A program made the translations under genes and the position numbers. Under the pieces are notes generated by a model. The model was not told the origin of the DNA and made no database searches. It was given only the letters and a program-made list of their open reading frames with translations. 64,000 nt of DNA from positions 11,141 to 75,140 of the forward strand of contig CAWDYQ010000002.1 of NCBI GenBank assembly GCA_963806645.1, given 5' to 3'. Positions 1 to 10,165 of this stretch are shown one piece after another; the stretch's first letter is position 1; the number at the start of each line of letters is the position of its first letter. The stretch comes from Candidatus Bathyarchaeota archaeon (GTDB lineage Archaea; Thermoproteota; Bathyarchaeia; Bathyarchaeales; Bathyarchaeaceae).

Positions 1-554
1 TTGGAGTCGGGATACCCATAATACAGAAGAGTAACGTTTTCAGATGCCCCCGTTATGGAAAATGTACCATCAGAAGAATGAGTCCAGCCGTGATTTTTTC
101 CAACCCACTCGCCATTTAATCTAGCATCCAGTGCACCAGCTTTTGGATCAAGTCCTAAGTTGAAAAATTGGGTTCCAGTACCTAAAATGGTATATCGAAG
201 TGTTGCTCTTTTTGCATTTTCCCCGTCAAATGTTCGATTGTATATTCTAAAAAAATTTATTGTAATATCACAGTTTATTGCAGATACTTTAAGGTTAAGT
301 TCTTCTTGTTCTTGTGAATTAAAAAAAATTAAATTATAAAAATTCCATGTCCCGTTTTCTAGACTAGCCATCTCATATGTGCCGTTAGTAGAAAAACTTA
401 TGGAGCTATTGTTTGATGGAATTTCAAACTTATTATCTGGTGTAAATGCTATTTCAGTTTCTGCATATACCGAAGATGTAAAACAAAAGAATATTTGAAT
501 GAATACGATAAAGATGAAAACTCCTAACAAGACAGAAGTTATCTTCCTTGACAA
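1..554 (-). CDS. secreted hypothetical protein, C-terminus cut by window edge
   Basis: Minus-strand frame is open from a TTG at 552-554 to position 1, with an in-frame stop upstream at 594-596. It is absent from the ORF track. The N-terminus SRKITSVLLGVFIFIVFIQIFFCFTSSVYA/ETE looks like a signal peptide. Confidence 0.4.
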   Translation of the reverse strand, partial: MSRKITSVLLGVFIFIVFIQIFFCFTSSVYAETEIAFTPDNKFEIPSNNSSISFSTNGTYEMASLENGTWNFYNLIFFNSQEQEELNLKVSAINCDITINFFRIYNRTFDGENAKRATLRYTILGTGTQFFNLGLDPKAGALDARLNGEWVGKNHGWTHSSDGTFSITGASENVTLLYYGYPDS

Positions 555-740
555 GACTTGTGTACCCTTAAATCCAAAGTGGTTGTGGATACGTTAAAAC
601 TCTTTCCATAATTCTTATTTAATAATTAAAAAAATGTTGTCTTCTAGAGTTAGAAACTTAATAATTAAATTCAAGCAGGGAATAATTCTTTCCAGAAAAA
701 ACTACGGGTTTCTTTCAACGATTAGCGATAATTTTGTTTT

Positions 741-920
741 GAAAGAAAATAGGGGTTTGCTGAGGTTCTGGCTGGGGTATATTTAGGAATGAAAAAATGA
801 AAAACCTAAGCATCTACTATCGCTTTGGTTAATTCTCATTTCTCATGCCAGAGACCTTTTCAGCCCCATTTCTTTCGATTAGTTTTACTCCCAAAAAAAG
901 AGGGAGGGAAATTGGTTAGA
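741..920 (-). repeat. conserved ~180-nt element directly 3' of PQQ-like paralog 1 (copy A)
   Basis: Aligns by eye with 3730-3908. Shared blocks are GGGGTTTGCTGAGG, TGAAAAAATGAAAAA, CCTTTTCAG(C/T)CCC and AGTTTTACTCCCAAAAAAAGAGGGAGGGAAATT. Confidence 0.7.
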
Positions 921-3515
921 TTATTTTTGTTTCTTAACTGTAATCAGAGTATATACTACAAGAACTGCTACTGCAACAACTGCAACAATTATGACAATGT
1001 CGATCGTAGTGTATTCTGGTATGGTTACAGCAGGCATTTCTGGAAATTCTGGCATCTGGGCTATTACTGCTTGACTAATTTGGTCGGGTGTTGGATTAAC
1101 GGGAAGACTGTTTACTACATTCTGTGCAACGTCTTGGGCCGATGGACCTTGGTATCCTGGAATTGTTGGATAAGGTGCCGGTGCTGGATCAACTGTTATA
1201 TATGTAACTGCTATTGAACCCCAGTATCCTCCTGAACCGTCGAATGACGCCATAATCATGTATTTTCCTTTGATTTGAGGTATGAAAGAATAAGCATAAT
1301 TACCAAAAGCATCAGTTGTTGCGGTTCCAATCCAAGCATATTCGTTGTTTGGATCAACTATCTCTATTTTTACTTGAATACCTTCGACATTCGTGGGACG
1401 TTCAAACTGCATGTAAACATAGCTCATCCATTCACTCATAGAAGCATCAGATACTGCTGGAACACCATCAGGGAATCTTGCAACGATTTCATCTTTTTTC
1501 GTGCCCGCCGAAACATCAGTTACCCTTCCTTCTAGAAGAACACTACTTCCAAGGTTTGTAACTTTAGGAGAAGCCATTACTGAAGTTGCACTGGGTCCTT
1601 TGCCTATTCCATATATGCGGTTGTCATAAGTATTGAAGAATCCTATTATTCCGTCGCCTATTACATTGTGTCCTCCCCAACGGTTCCCTCGCATGTTCAA
1701 TTCCCACTCTAAGTCTCCAGTGTCTGCATCAAGGCATATTGTTGGTGCACCTCGTGGCAGTGGATCAATTGGAGAATGTTCCATATGGAAGAGAACAATT
1801 TTTCTGTCAGCTGTATAGAATGCAAAAAGCATTGGCCAGTTCTCGCCCCACAATATCTCAGTATAGGGGTCGTTTACATTATACTCCCAAACGACATTGC
1901 CGTTAGCAAGATTGTATGCATAAACAATTCCAGCGAATCCAGTACAATAGAGTCTTCCTAGTCGGATATTTATACGAGCACCAAATGCGTCCAAATAATG
2001 TTGGCTTTCAGTTGTCCAACGATATGCTCCTGTTTCAGCACTAAAACCAATATGTTGTCTCGCTTCTTTATTCCACAATGTAAAAACACCGTCTTCTGCG
2101 CTCGCAACTCCCCATTGTATAGAATAGTTACCTGCTGGTGGTTGCCATTCAGTATTAAACAGCATTGTTCCTTGTTGACCTTCTTTAAGACTTATTCCCC
2201 ATAAAGAAATTGGAATATCTGTGCGACCAGTTGTTACGAGTTGATAAGTCCTACTGCTAGTACTAGTTCCGATTATTCGATCTTCCAGAACTGCATTTAC
2301 ACTTCCTGGTAAGTTTGTCGGTATTGAAACGTTCCATTCAAAACCAAGTTCATTAGCGTCTTCATAGACTCGTCCATGAGGGTTCCAGCTTCCTTCGCTA
2401 GAAACAACTCTTGATGAGTTCCATAGGGATATCCAACCATCTGCAAGGTCAATTGTGTAGATAAATATCTCACCTTTTGGTCCTCGAACTCTCGTTCCTG
2501 AAGGAACGTTCTCCATTGTATATACCCAACGTCCAGTATCATCAAATGCACGCCATGTTCTTCCAGTGGTTTCCCATAAGAAGGGGTATGCTCCATGAAG
2601 GTTATATGAGTCCCAATAGAATAGCTGACCAAAATCTAATGTTTTATTGTCCCAATTTCTAGTCCAAAGTTTTTCACCAGTACGAATGTCTACAGCAACA
2701 ACATTGTGTTCAATATTCGTACCTCCACGAGCTTCGTGATCGTTATAAAATAGTACACCATTAATTACTACTGAACCTGCAAATTTTCCTTCATAGGCAT
2801 CTCCGTGGTCATAACTATGATCGCCTAGTTCTCCTCCAACGAGTCCCCCAAATTCTAGTGGTTCTGCCCAGAGGATGTGTCCCGTGTCTGGGGCTTCGTT
2901 GTAAGGTGTGTATGGTCCTTCATAGCGGACAGATTCTAAGAAGTTTCCAGCTATTGGTGCCCATTCTCTGAGTTGTGCATCTACGGGTCGGCTCCAATAT
3001 TCGGTTGGCAACTGATGTCCAGAATAATATTCAATCGGAGTTTGTTGTACAACTAGGGTAAATTCTTCACTTACGCTAGCTTCATAATAAACATCAGCTG
3101 TATAAGCGGGGTATCTTGTCCAGTTGAACCATTGAGCCGGAAAATGTGTCTGCAATATGTATTCTCCAACCATGGTGGGTACATATATTGTACCTGTTCC
3201 TCCTGTGGAGTCGGTGTTAAATGGACCGAGAGTTTCTGTTTCTCCATCTGGTCTTCTGATTGTTGCTGTTAGTCCAATCCAGCTTTTGTCGGCTCTTTCT
3301 AGTTCATCATACATTCCTACGTGAATCAATACTTGTTGGTTAACTCCTATAGGGTTTGGAGTTGCCCCAACGTAACAATGGGTTGCTTTACTGTAAACAG
3401 GTGTTTGAGCAAAAATCACTGGCAATAATACGATGATTGAAGACATTGTTAACAATAGAATTAATGTTATTGTTGAAATTTTTGTTTTGGTTTTTGTGTT
3501 TTCCATTTTTTTCAC
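921..3515 (-). CDS. secreted PQQ-like beta-propeller repeat protein with C-terminal TM anchor (paralog 1)
   Basis: 864-aa ORF with an N-terminal signal peptide. Repeated motifs of the type VVAVDIRTGEKLW, VYAYNLANGNVVW and ICLDADTGDLEW resemble PQQ-like propeller blades. The C-terminus has a hydrophobic helix followed by KKQK. Confidence 0.75.
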   Translation of the reverse strand: MKKMENTKTKTKISTITLILLLTMSSIIVLLPVIFAQTPVYSKATHCYVGATPNPIGVNQQVLIHVGMYDELERADKSWIGLTATIRRPDGETETLGPFNTDSTGGTGTIYVPTMVGEYILQTHFPAQWFNWTRYPAYTADVYYEASVSEEFTLVVQQTPIEYYSGHQLPTEYWSRPVDAQLREWAPIAGNFLESVRYEGPYTPYNEAPDTGHILWAEPLEFGGLVGGELGDHSYDHGDAYEGKFAGSVVINGVLFYNDHEARGGTNIEHNVVAVDIRTGEKLWTRNWDNKTLDFGQLFYWDSYNLHGAYPFLWETTGRTWRAFDDTGRWVYTMENVPSGTRVRGPKGEIFIYTIDLADGWISLWNSSRVVSSEGSWNPHGRVYEDANELGFEWNVSIPTNLPGSVNAVLEDRIIGTSTSSRTYQLVTTGRTDIPISLWGISLKEGQQGTMLFNTEWQPPAGNYSIQWGVASAEDGVFTLWNKEARQHIGFSAETGAYRWTTESQHYLDAFGARINIRLGRLYCTGFAGIVYAYNLANGNVVWEYNVNDPYTEILWGENWPMLFAFYTADRKIVLFHMEHSPIDPLPRGAPTICLDADTGDLEWELNMRGNRWGGHNVIGDGIIGFFNTYDNRIYGIGKGPSATSVMASPKVTNLGSSVLLEGRVTDVSAGTKKDEIVARFPDGVPAVSDASMSEWMSYVYMQFERPTNVEGIQVKIEIVDPNNEYAWIGTATTDAFGNYAYSFIPQIKGKYMIMASFDGSGGYWGSIAVTYITVDPAPAPYPTIPGYQGPSAQDVAQNVVNSLPVNPTPDQISQAVIAQMPEFPEMPAVTIPEYTTIDIVIIVAVVAVAVLVVYTLITVKKQK

Positions 3516-3729
3516 CTTAATTTTTTATAAAGTTTCGCAGTCTATATTATTCACTATATTAGATTTAAGATGAACGATTACAAAAGAATCAAATGTAGTC
3601 ATTTGTATTCATTCAATTTATTATGGAGTCATATTTGTTTCCAAAAATGTTGGACGCACTAGTCATGACATATCATATGGGCAAAGAAAAGAAGAAGATG
3701 GGAATCCAAAAATAACATTAATTAAATCC

Positions 3730-3908
3730 GAAAGAAGAGGGGTTTGCTGAGGCTCCTGCAGGATAAACTATTAGGATGAAAAAAATGAAAAATCAAACAT
3801 ATCTACATGCTCGATTATTTTCATTTTTCCATGCATGAGCCTTTTCAGTCCCCGTTTTCTTTCTATGAGTTTTACTCCCAAAAAAAGAGGGAGGGAAATT
3901 GTTTAGGT
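3730..3908 (-). repeat. conserved ~180-nt element directly 3' of PQQ-like paralog 2 (copy B)
   Basis: Second copy of the element at 741-920. The ends are more conserved than the middle. Confidence 0.7.
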
Positions 3909-6503
3909 TTATTTCTTTTTATTGAGCACTAAGAAACTGATGATACCGATCATAATGGCTACGACAACGAGTACAGTAAGGATAATGTCGATTGTAGAAT
4001 ATTCTGGTACTACTGTAGGTTCAGGGTATTCTGGAAGTTGGCTTATAACTGCTTGACTGATTTGTTCAGGAGTTGGATTGTCAGGAAGACTGTTCACTAC
4101 ATTCTGTGCAACATCTTGTGCTGAAGGACCTTGATATCCTGGATATGGTGGAATTGTCACTTGTGCTGGTGCAGGATCAACTACAAGATAAGTTGTTGAA
4201 GTTGAACCATAATATGCTTCTGACCCATCGAAAGTTGCAATTATTGTGTAAGTGCCTTGCATTTGTGGGATAAATGAATAACCAAAGTTGCCGTATGCGT
4301 CACTAGTTGCTGTGCCAATCCATGCATATGCGCCTGAAGGATCAACTACTTGGATTCTTACGTCAACACCAACTGCATCTGCTGGTCGATCTTTTTGCAT
4401 AAACTTGTATTCCATCCATGCACTCATGTATTCATCAGAAATTGCTGGAGTACCCTTAAACTCAGAACCTGGAGACTGATCAGTTACTGTTCCTGTTACC
4501 ATTACACTGGATCCTTTTGGAACTGCGGTCATTGGAGCTGAAACAGTTAATGCGCTTGGTCCTTTACCGATACAGTATACTGAACCATCATATGCGTTCA
4601 AATAAACTAAGTTTCCGTCTGCGATAGCGATAGGTGCAATTGATGTTCCTAATCCTGAAGCAGACCATCCAAGTAGATTCCAAAGTTCTTCTCCGGTAAA
4701 TGCGTCAACAGCATATACTCTGTATCCTTTGTATAGAGGTGTATTTGGTGAATGCTCACCAGAAAATGCATAAACGACTCCGTTAGAAACTGCAGACAAT
4801 TGGATTGGAGTAAGACCCCAAGGTACTTCTGCTCCTAGGTTTGTGTCACTGAATTTCCAAAGTAGACTACCGTTTGCCATTGAATAACAGAAAATTTCTC
4901 CTCCATAACCGGCAATGTATAGGTTTCCGTATGCTGGGAAGCCTTGTCTGTTGCTGTAGTATTGAAATGCCCGTTGTTCTCCAACTGGACCCCACAATAG
5001 GTCTCCGGTGTCAATACTATAACCGGTTCGTTGGCCTGTCTGGAAGTCTGTCATTGTCCATACACGGTTGACTGGGTCTAGTGGTTGCATTGCTAACATT
5101 CGGGTAATGTTGTTTGCTGGTGCTGGATAGTCTCGGATCCAAAGTAATTGGCCTCTTGTTTCTGGTTTGTCGCTTATGGCCCACATTGTCCATGGGTCAG
5201 GATTGTTATCTCTTGCTTGTGAAGTGAGTGTTATGCCACTGCTGCGTCCAAGTATTAAGTCTCCGGGGATTATACCAACTATGGCTGGGTTTGAGTTTCC
5301 AGGCAAATCAGGGATTGAGACGTTCCAGGAATATGCTTGACTTGCGTCAATTTCTTTTTCCATTGGTCTCCAGCTGATTTCGTTGAATCCAGTTCCTGCA
5401 ACTCCTGCTGCTGCGGTGTTATTCCAGAGAAGAAGTCTACGGTCTCCATAGTTAAGCACATAACGTACTATCTCACCTTTTTCGGTGTATACTTCTGTTC
5501 CTCCAGGAACACCAGTTAAGTTGAAAACGTTGAGTCCGGTGAATGCGTCAATACCTATCCATGTGCTTCCGGCAGTTGCCCATAGGGTACCTCCTACGAC
5601 TCCATGTTGGTTTGGTGACTCGAAATTATAGAGTTGTGCAAAACTTGGGGTGATGTCGTATCTTCGCCAGAGTTCTTCGCCTGTTCGCAAATCAACAGCA
5701 ACGAATCCTCCACCGCTTCCAGCATGGTTCAAAGGTTGTCGGTAATAGAGTATTCCGCTTACGATCATTGGATTACCAAATCGTGTCTCATAAGAATAGC
5801 CAGAGTAGAAAGTTGTGTGACTATCTCCTCCTACCATACCTCCGAACTCGATTGGTTTTGACCATAGTATGTGTGAGGTAGTCGGTGAATTGCCTCCGTC
5901 TTGCCAGCGATCATCAACATCTCCTCCGTTTAGCCAATTTGATGAGATGTCACCCCATAGGTGGTTTGCTCCATCTACTGGACGGGTCCAATATTCTGTT
6001 GGAAGTGCAGCTTCGGGTATTCCTGTTACTTGTTCTTCTTGGACAGTTAGTGTAGTTGTTGCGCTGCTAGGAAGATAATAGTCGTTTTGGTATGCTCCTC
6101 CAAAATCATATACTTGTCCTGGGAAATTGAACTCTAAAGTGTATGTTCCTACTTGATCAGGAACATATACTGTATATGCTGATGATGTTGTGTCTACAAC
6201 GATTGGCCAGTTGACTGTTACTGTGTTTCCGTCAGGTTTTGTTATAGTTAGTACGTAACCCTCAAATCGGATATCGTTAGTGATACTTGCTGAGTTAATT
6301 ACTCTTTCCAACCATACCACAATGAGGGCTGGTTGGTTAACTCCGGACGGGTTGGGTGAAACGTTGATGAATGCGTGTGTTGGAAGTTGCCATGCAGGAT
6401 CATGTGCAGTGACAGATGTTAAAGTAATTAATGCGGTAGATAGAGTTAACAATAGAATTAATGATATTACAGAAATTTTTGATTTTAATTGACTTTTTTT
6501 CAT
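3909..6503 (-). CDS. secreted PQQ-like beta-propeller repeat protein with C-terminal TM anchor (paralog 2)
   Basis: 864-aa ORF, the same length as 921..3515. It has a signal peptide and the same blade motifs (FVAVDLRTGEELW, IFCYSMANGSLLW, VYAVDAFTGEELW). The C-terminal block GYQGPSAQDVAQNVVNSLP.NPTP.QISQAVI is nearly identical to paralog 1. Confidence 0.75.
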   Translation of the reverse strand: MKKSQLKSKISVISLILLLTLSTALITLTSVTAHDPAWQLPTHAFINVSPNPSGVNQPALIVVWLERVINSASITNDIRFEGYVLTITKPDGNTVTVNWPIVVDTTSSAYTVYVPDQVGTYTLEFNFPGQVYDFGGAYQNDYYLPSSATTTLTVQEEQVTGIPEAALPTEYWTRPVDGANHLWGDISSNWLNGGDVDDRWQDGGNSPTTSHILWSKPIEFGGMVGGDSHTTFYSGYSYETRFGNPMIVSGILYYRQPLNHAGSGGGFVAVDLRTGEELWRRYDITPSFAQLYNFESPNQHGVVGGTLWATAGSTWIGIDAFTGLNVFNLTGVPGGTEVYTEKGEIVRYVLNYGDRRLLLWNNTAAAGVAGTGFNEISWRPMEKEIDASQAYSWNVSIPDLPGNSNPAIVGIIPGDLILGRSSGITLTSQARDNNPDPWTMWAISDKPETRGQLLWIRDYPAPANNITRMLAMQPLDPVNRVWTMTDFQTGQRTGYSIDTGDLLWGPVGEQRAFQYYSNRQGFPAYGNLYIAGYGGEIFCYSMANGSLLWKFSDTNLGAEVPWGLTPIQLSAVSNGVVYAFSGEHSPNTPLYKGYRVYAVDAFTGEELWNLLGWSASGLGTSIAPIAIADGNLVYLNAYDGSVYCIGKGPSALTVSAPMTAVPKGSSVMVTGTVTDQSPGSEFKGTPAISDEYMSAWMEYKFMQKDRPADAVGVDVRIQVVDPSGAYAWIGTATSDAYGNFGYSFIPQMQGTYTIIATFDGSEAYYGSTSTTYLVVDPAPAQVTIPPYPGYQGPSAQDVAQNVVNSLPDNPTPEQISQAVISQLPEYPEPTVVPEYSTIDIILTVLVVVAIMIGIISFLVLNKKK

Positions 6504-6816
6504 ATTTGTTCTTTCCTAATTGTATTACATTGATAAAAACAATTAAAGAGTATTTATACTTGTCCTATAAGACCGTTATAGGCGTAAAAACCGCCCTATT
6601 TTAACATGTTTACTTTCCAATAAAATCTCGAATATTAAGTTCTTAGGAACATTTTTTTAGAACATAAAACACATAAAATCGTTAACTCGCGCGTCTATGG
6701 ACTCCTTTATATGAGTCGAAATAATAGTATAGTTGAAGAGTTTTCTTTTATTACATGGGTTTGTCCTGCGGACTAACTGAAATCTTTTCTATTCAAGTAA
6801 AATGAGGTGAGTATAC

Positions 6817-6978
6817 ATGTCCCAAAAAAGAATGTTTGAAGTTAAATGCACTGAATGTCAGAAAAATACTACTGTACCATTTGAACCAACAAAAGGCAAA
6901 CCAGTTTACTGTAAAACGTGTTTTTCGAAACACAGGACTCAGAGAACAAGAAGACCTATTGAGCCCTATAACCTTTGA
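6817..6978 (+). CDS. small CxxC-x17-CxxC zinc-ribbon protein (53 aa)
   Basis: ATG at 6817 is preceded by AGGTGA 7 nt upstream. Translation is MSQKRMFEVKCTECQKNTTVPFEPTKGKPVYCKTCFSKHRTQRTRRPIEPYNL. It is below the ORF-track length cut-off. The listed ORF 6836..7060 is an overlapping off-frame shadow. Confidence 0.6.
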   Translation: MSQKRMFEVKCTECQKNTTVPFEPTKGKPVYCKTCFSKHRTQRTRRPIEPYNL

Positions 6979-7194
6979 TATGAAAAACGCATGGGCAACA
7001 CGCGGAGAAAAACTAAGAAAAACCCCCAAAGAGCCTAAAAGTATTTTTAAAACCAATTAATGCCATAATTAGATCAGATTGTTTGGGGTTAATTTTTTGC
7101 CTCCCCAAAATCCCAATTCGTAAATACAGTATTCTTAATCTCAATATACCAATGCTGAGCTTATGACAACTCAATTCTTTTTAGTAAACAAAAA

Positions 7195-7852
7195 GTGAAA
7201 CCGAAAGCAAACAGTAAGTCATGTGAAAAATTTTTTAGGAAAATTAATTATGAAACTTTAAATTCACTTCTAATAGTATGTATGTTAGTGGTTTTTATGA
7301 CAACAAACCAAAAAAACCTAATTTTGCGCTATGAACTGTTTGGAATGCTTTTTGTTTCCATTCTTGGAGGACTACTACATTTTACTTTCGAATTGTCTGG
7401 CTTCAATCCAATTGTCGGTACATTTTCAGCAGTAAACGAAAGCGTTTGGGAACACCTAAAGTTGGGTTTCTGGCCCATCTTACTAATAACAATAATCGAA
7501 TACAGGTTTATACTAAAACAAACTAACAATTTCTTTCTAGGAAAGATGGTTAGTGCTTTTACGATAATCCTTGTTATTCCTGCAATCTTTTATTCGTATA
7601 CTAGCATTACAGGAGAAAGTATTTTCTTGATAGATATTCTCAGCTTTTTCATAGCAGTTATAATTGGTCAGGTCCTAAGTTACAAGATACTAACATACAA
7701 GCAACTACCAGAATATTCAAAATGGATTTCTTTATTCATCATTAGCAATTTTGGCGATAATATTTATTGTTTTCACGTTCTATCCACCTAATCTGCCGCC
7801 ATTTCAAGATCCAATATCCGGCGGATATGGAATCATAAACCAACCACATTAA
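7195..7852 (+). pseudogene. multi-pass membrane protein (DUF6512-like) with apparent +1 frameshift near 7735-7745
   Basis: The ORF 7195..7791 contains the motif FSAVNESVWEHLKLGFWP. The +1 frame continues from about 7742 with a TM-like LAILAIIFIVFTFYPPNLPPFQDPISGGYGIINQPH to a stop at 7850-7852. Confidence 0.45.
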
Positions 7853-7962
7853 CCATTCAATCTCTAGTTTTAGAAATCCTCAATACAAAAAATTCAAACA
7901 AAAAACATATCGCAAAAGTGGTCCGCAAATGATAAATAAACAAAAAACAGATAATATGTTTT

Positions 7963-8787
7963 ATGAATTCTAAAGAAAGACAAGAAATTATAGCTAAATC
8001 GCCGATTTCTTTTTCATATCTTAAACGGTTCAATGCAGCAGCAGGTGTTTTGCATCTAATCCAAGGACTACTAATGCTAGGATTGGGAACTCAACTAGAG
8101 TGGGAACGCAGCATTTACACATTCTACACAAAATTTACAATAATCCAAGGTCCACCATTTCAACTAGAAGTAACTCCAGATCCCCAGGTACTGTTCACCA
8201 TAGGATACTTGGGAATAATTGTAGCATCTTTTCCACTACTTTCTTCTGCAGCTCACTTTATTATTGCATTCATAAAGAATAATAAATATAACGAAAACCT
8301 GAAAAAAGGAATGAACCCCTACAGATGGTACGAGTACGCATTCTCTAGCTCAATAATGATAGCGTTGATAGCCCTCTTTTTGGGCGTATGGGATTTCTGG
8401 TCGTTAGCAATGATCTTTGTACTAAACGCAATGATGATAATGTTCGGATATTTGATGGAACTGATAAACCAAAAAACCGAAAAAACAAGCTGGTCAGCCT
8501 TTATCCTCGGAACAATTTCTGGATTCACACCGTGGGTCGTGCTATACGCATACTTCATTGGATCGTTATTATCAATAAACGCAGATGTACCAACCTTCGT
8601 TTACATGATTCTATTCATATACTTCATAGTCTTCAACATTTTTGCAATTAACATGATACTTCAATACAAAGGCGTTGGCCGCTGGAAAGACTATCTTTAC
8701 GGAGAAAGAATCTACATAATTCTTAGTTTCATCGCAAAAACAATCCTATCATGGCTAGTATTCATTGGAATATTTGCACCATTCTAA
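7963..8787 (+). CDS. heliorhodopsin
   Basis: 274 aa with seven hydrophobic segments. Blocks recalled from heliorhodopsin 48C12 match: FNAAAGVLHLIQ, NPYRWYEYAFSSSIMIALIA (counterion-position Glu124), VLNAMMIMFGYLMELINQ, and LQYKGVGRWKDYLYGERIYIILSFIAKTILSW (Schiff-base-position Lys259, codon 8737-8739). Confidence 0.85.
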   Translation: MNSKERQEIIAKSPISFSYLKRFNAAAGVLHLIQGLLMLGLGTQLEWERSIYTFYTKFTIIQGPPFQLEVTPDPQVLFTIGYLGIIVASFPLLSSAAHFIIAFIKNNKYNENLKKGMNPYRWYEYAFSSSIMIALIALFLGVWDFWSLAMIFVLNAMMIMFGYLMELINQKTEKTSWSAFILGTISGFTPWVVLYAYFIGSLLSINADVPTFVYMILFIYFIVFNIFAINMILQYKGVGRWKDYLYGERIYIILSFIAKTILSWLVFIGIFAPF

Positions 8788-8959
8788 AAACAAAAGCTTC
8801 AGGAAACTGAAGCCAACCAACTTTTTTTAAAAAAACATTTCAGAAGAAAAAATAAAAAACTAAAATTTTAGTAAATAAAAGTCGAAGTTGGATTGCACTT
8901 TCAAAAAATAATAAAAGGTTAGCATTTAATTTAATGATTATTAGTAAAATTATTTTAAA

Positions 8960-9451
8960 TTAGGGAGATTTTAATCCGATTTCCTGTTTTATATCCTCAA
9001 GTTTTACGGCAACTAGAGAAGCGTTCGTTGGAATAAGCGAAGACCATTCATCCGACTTTTTAAAACCATGCGCAGGAAGGAAGTTAGTTGAAAGTTTCTG
9101 TTCTCCATCTTCTGCAAGTTTCCGTATCGCTTTGGCTCTTTCCTGTGGATCGGTTACGACTTTTAAAGTACCTCTTAGGACAACAAAACGGTATTCACTT
9201 AGGTCTTCTCTGTATTCTTCGATTTCGACGCAGACACGTTTGTCATTCTCGATAAGTTTCATCTTTGTGCCGTAATCAGTAAAGTGAAAATATAGAGTTC
9301 CATCCAAAACAGCATATTGAAAAGGAGCAAGGTAAGGATAGTCTTTTCCTTTAAAGGCTATACGGCATAACCTCTGTCTTCGAATTAGTTTCCAAATTTC
9401 TTGCTTAGTCATCTTCGGTAATTTGAAAATAGGCAAAAGTTCCACCCACAT
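8960..9451 (-). CDS. pyridoxamine 5'-phosphate oxidase-like FMN-binding protein
   Basis: ORF with a split-barrel-like pattern (RLCRIAFKGKDYPYLAPFQYAVLDGTLYFHF...VCVEIEEY...YRFVVLRGTLKVV). The true start may be the internal ATG at 9412. Confidence 0.6.
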   Translation of the reverse strand: MWVELLPIFKLPKMTKQEIWKLIRRQRLCRIAFKGKDYPYLAPFQYAVLDGTLYFHFTDYGTKMKLIENDKRVCVEIEEYREDLSEYRFVVLRGTLKVVTDPQERAKAIRKLAEDGEQKLSTNFLPAHGFKKSDEWSSLIPTNASLVAVKLEDIKQEIGLKSP

Positions 9452-9625
9452 TAGACTGTTTAATCAATAATATTAGTTTTGAATACTTGAATTTTATGAC
9501 AGCCAAAGAACTGGTTACAAGCAATTTATGTTTTGCAATCAAGTATGTTAATCACCAAAAATAGCTTATAATCTCCAAACAATAGCATATGCGATAGTTT
9601 TTTTAGCTAAATATACTATTTTTAT

Positions 9626-10145
9626 GTGGTGTTTTTGTTGGATGTTTTTGATGTAATAAAGAAAAGAAGAAGTATACGAAAATACAAACAAAAGGTTGTA
9701 GAAAAAGAAAAACTACTAAAAGTTTTGGAAGCTGCTCGTCTTGCACCTTCTGCAATGAATCGACAACCATACGCAATTGTGGTATTATCAGACTCTGAGA
9801 CATATAGAAAAAATCAGTTCTGCCTGCAATCAAAAATGGGACGCCCCAACAATTATTGTTATTTGTGCTTTTCCAAAAAAAGCCTGGGCTAGGGATGATG
9901 GAGAAGAATATTGGAAAGTTGACGCAGCGGTTGCAATGACTAACTTATCTTTGCAGGCTTGTGCAGAAGATTTAGGAACATGTTGGATAGCTGCCTTTAA
10001 AGAAGAGGAAATTAAAGAAATTTTAGGAATAGAACAGGATGCTAGAGTTGTGGCAATGACTCCTTTAGGATATCCCGATGAGAAAAAAGGTTTGGTGACA
10101 AAAAGAAAAAGTATTGACGAATTAGTGCACTATGAAAAATGGTAA
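9626..10145 (+). pseudogene. nitroreductase family protein interrupted by a +1 frameshift near 9800-9812
   Basis: ORF 9626..9892 gives VIKKRRSIRKY...LEAARLAPSAMNRQPY. ORF 9777..10145 gives EKISSACNQKWDAPTIIVICA...DLGTCWIAAF...VVAMTPLGYP. The two join if one nucleotide is removed around ACATATAGAAAAAATC. Confidence 0.75.
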
Positions 10146-10165
10146 TACTCCTGGAGGTAACGCAC

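Noticed and set aside
825-1217. Plus-strand ORFs inside the propeller paralogs (825..1217, 1275..1535, 4073..4273, 5634..5861 and others). The same applies to similar antisense ORFs inside ileS, ilvB, leuA, ilvD and the 1174-aa gene.
   Set aside because: All lie within, and antisense or off-frame to, long ORFs with clear protein signatures. They have Cys- or Asn-rich nonsense composition and no RBS.
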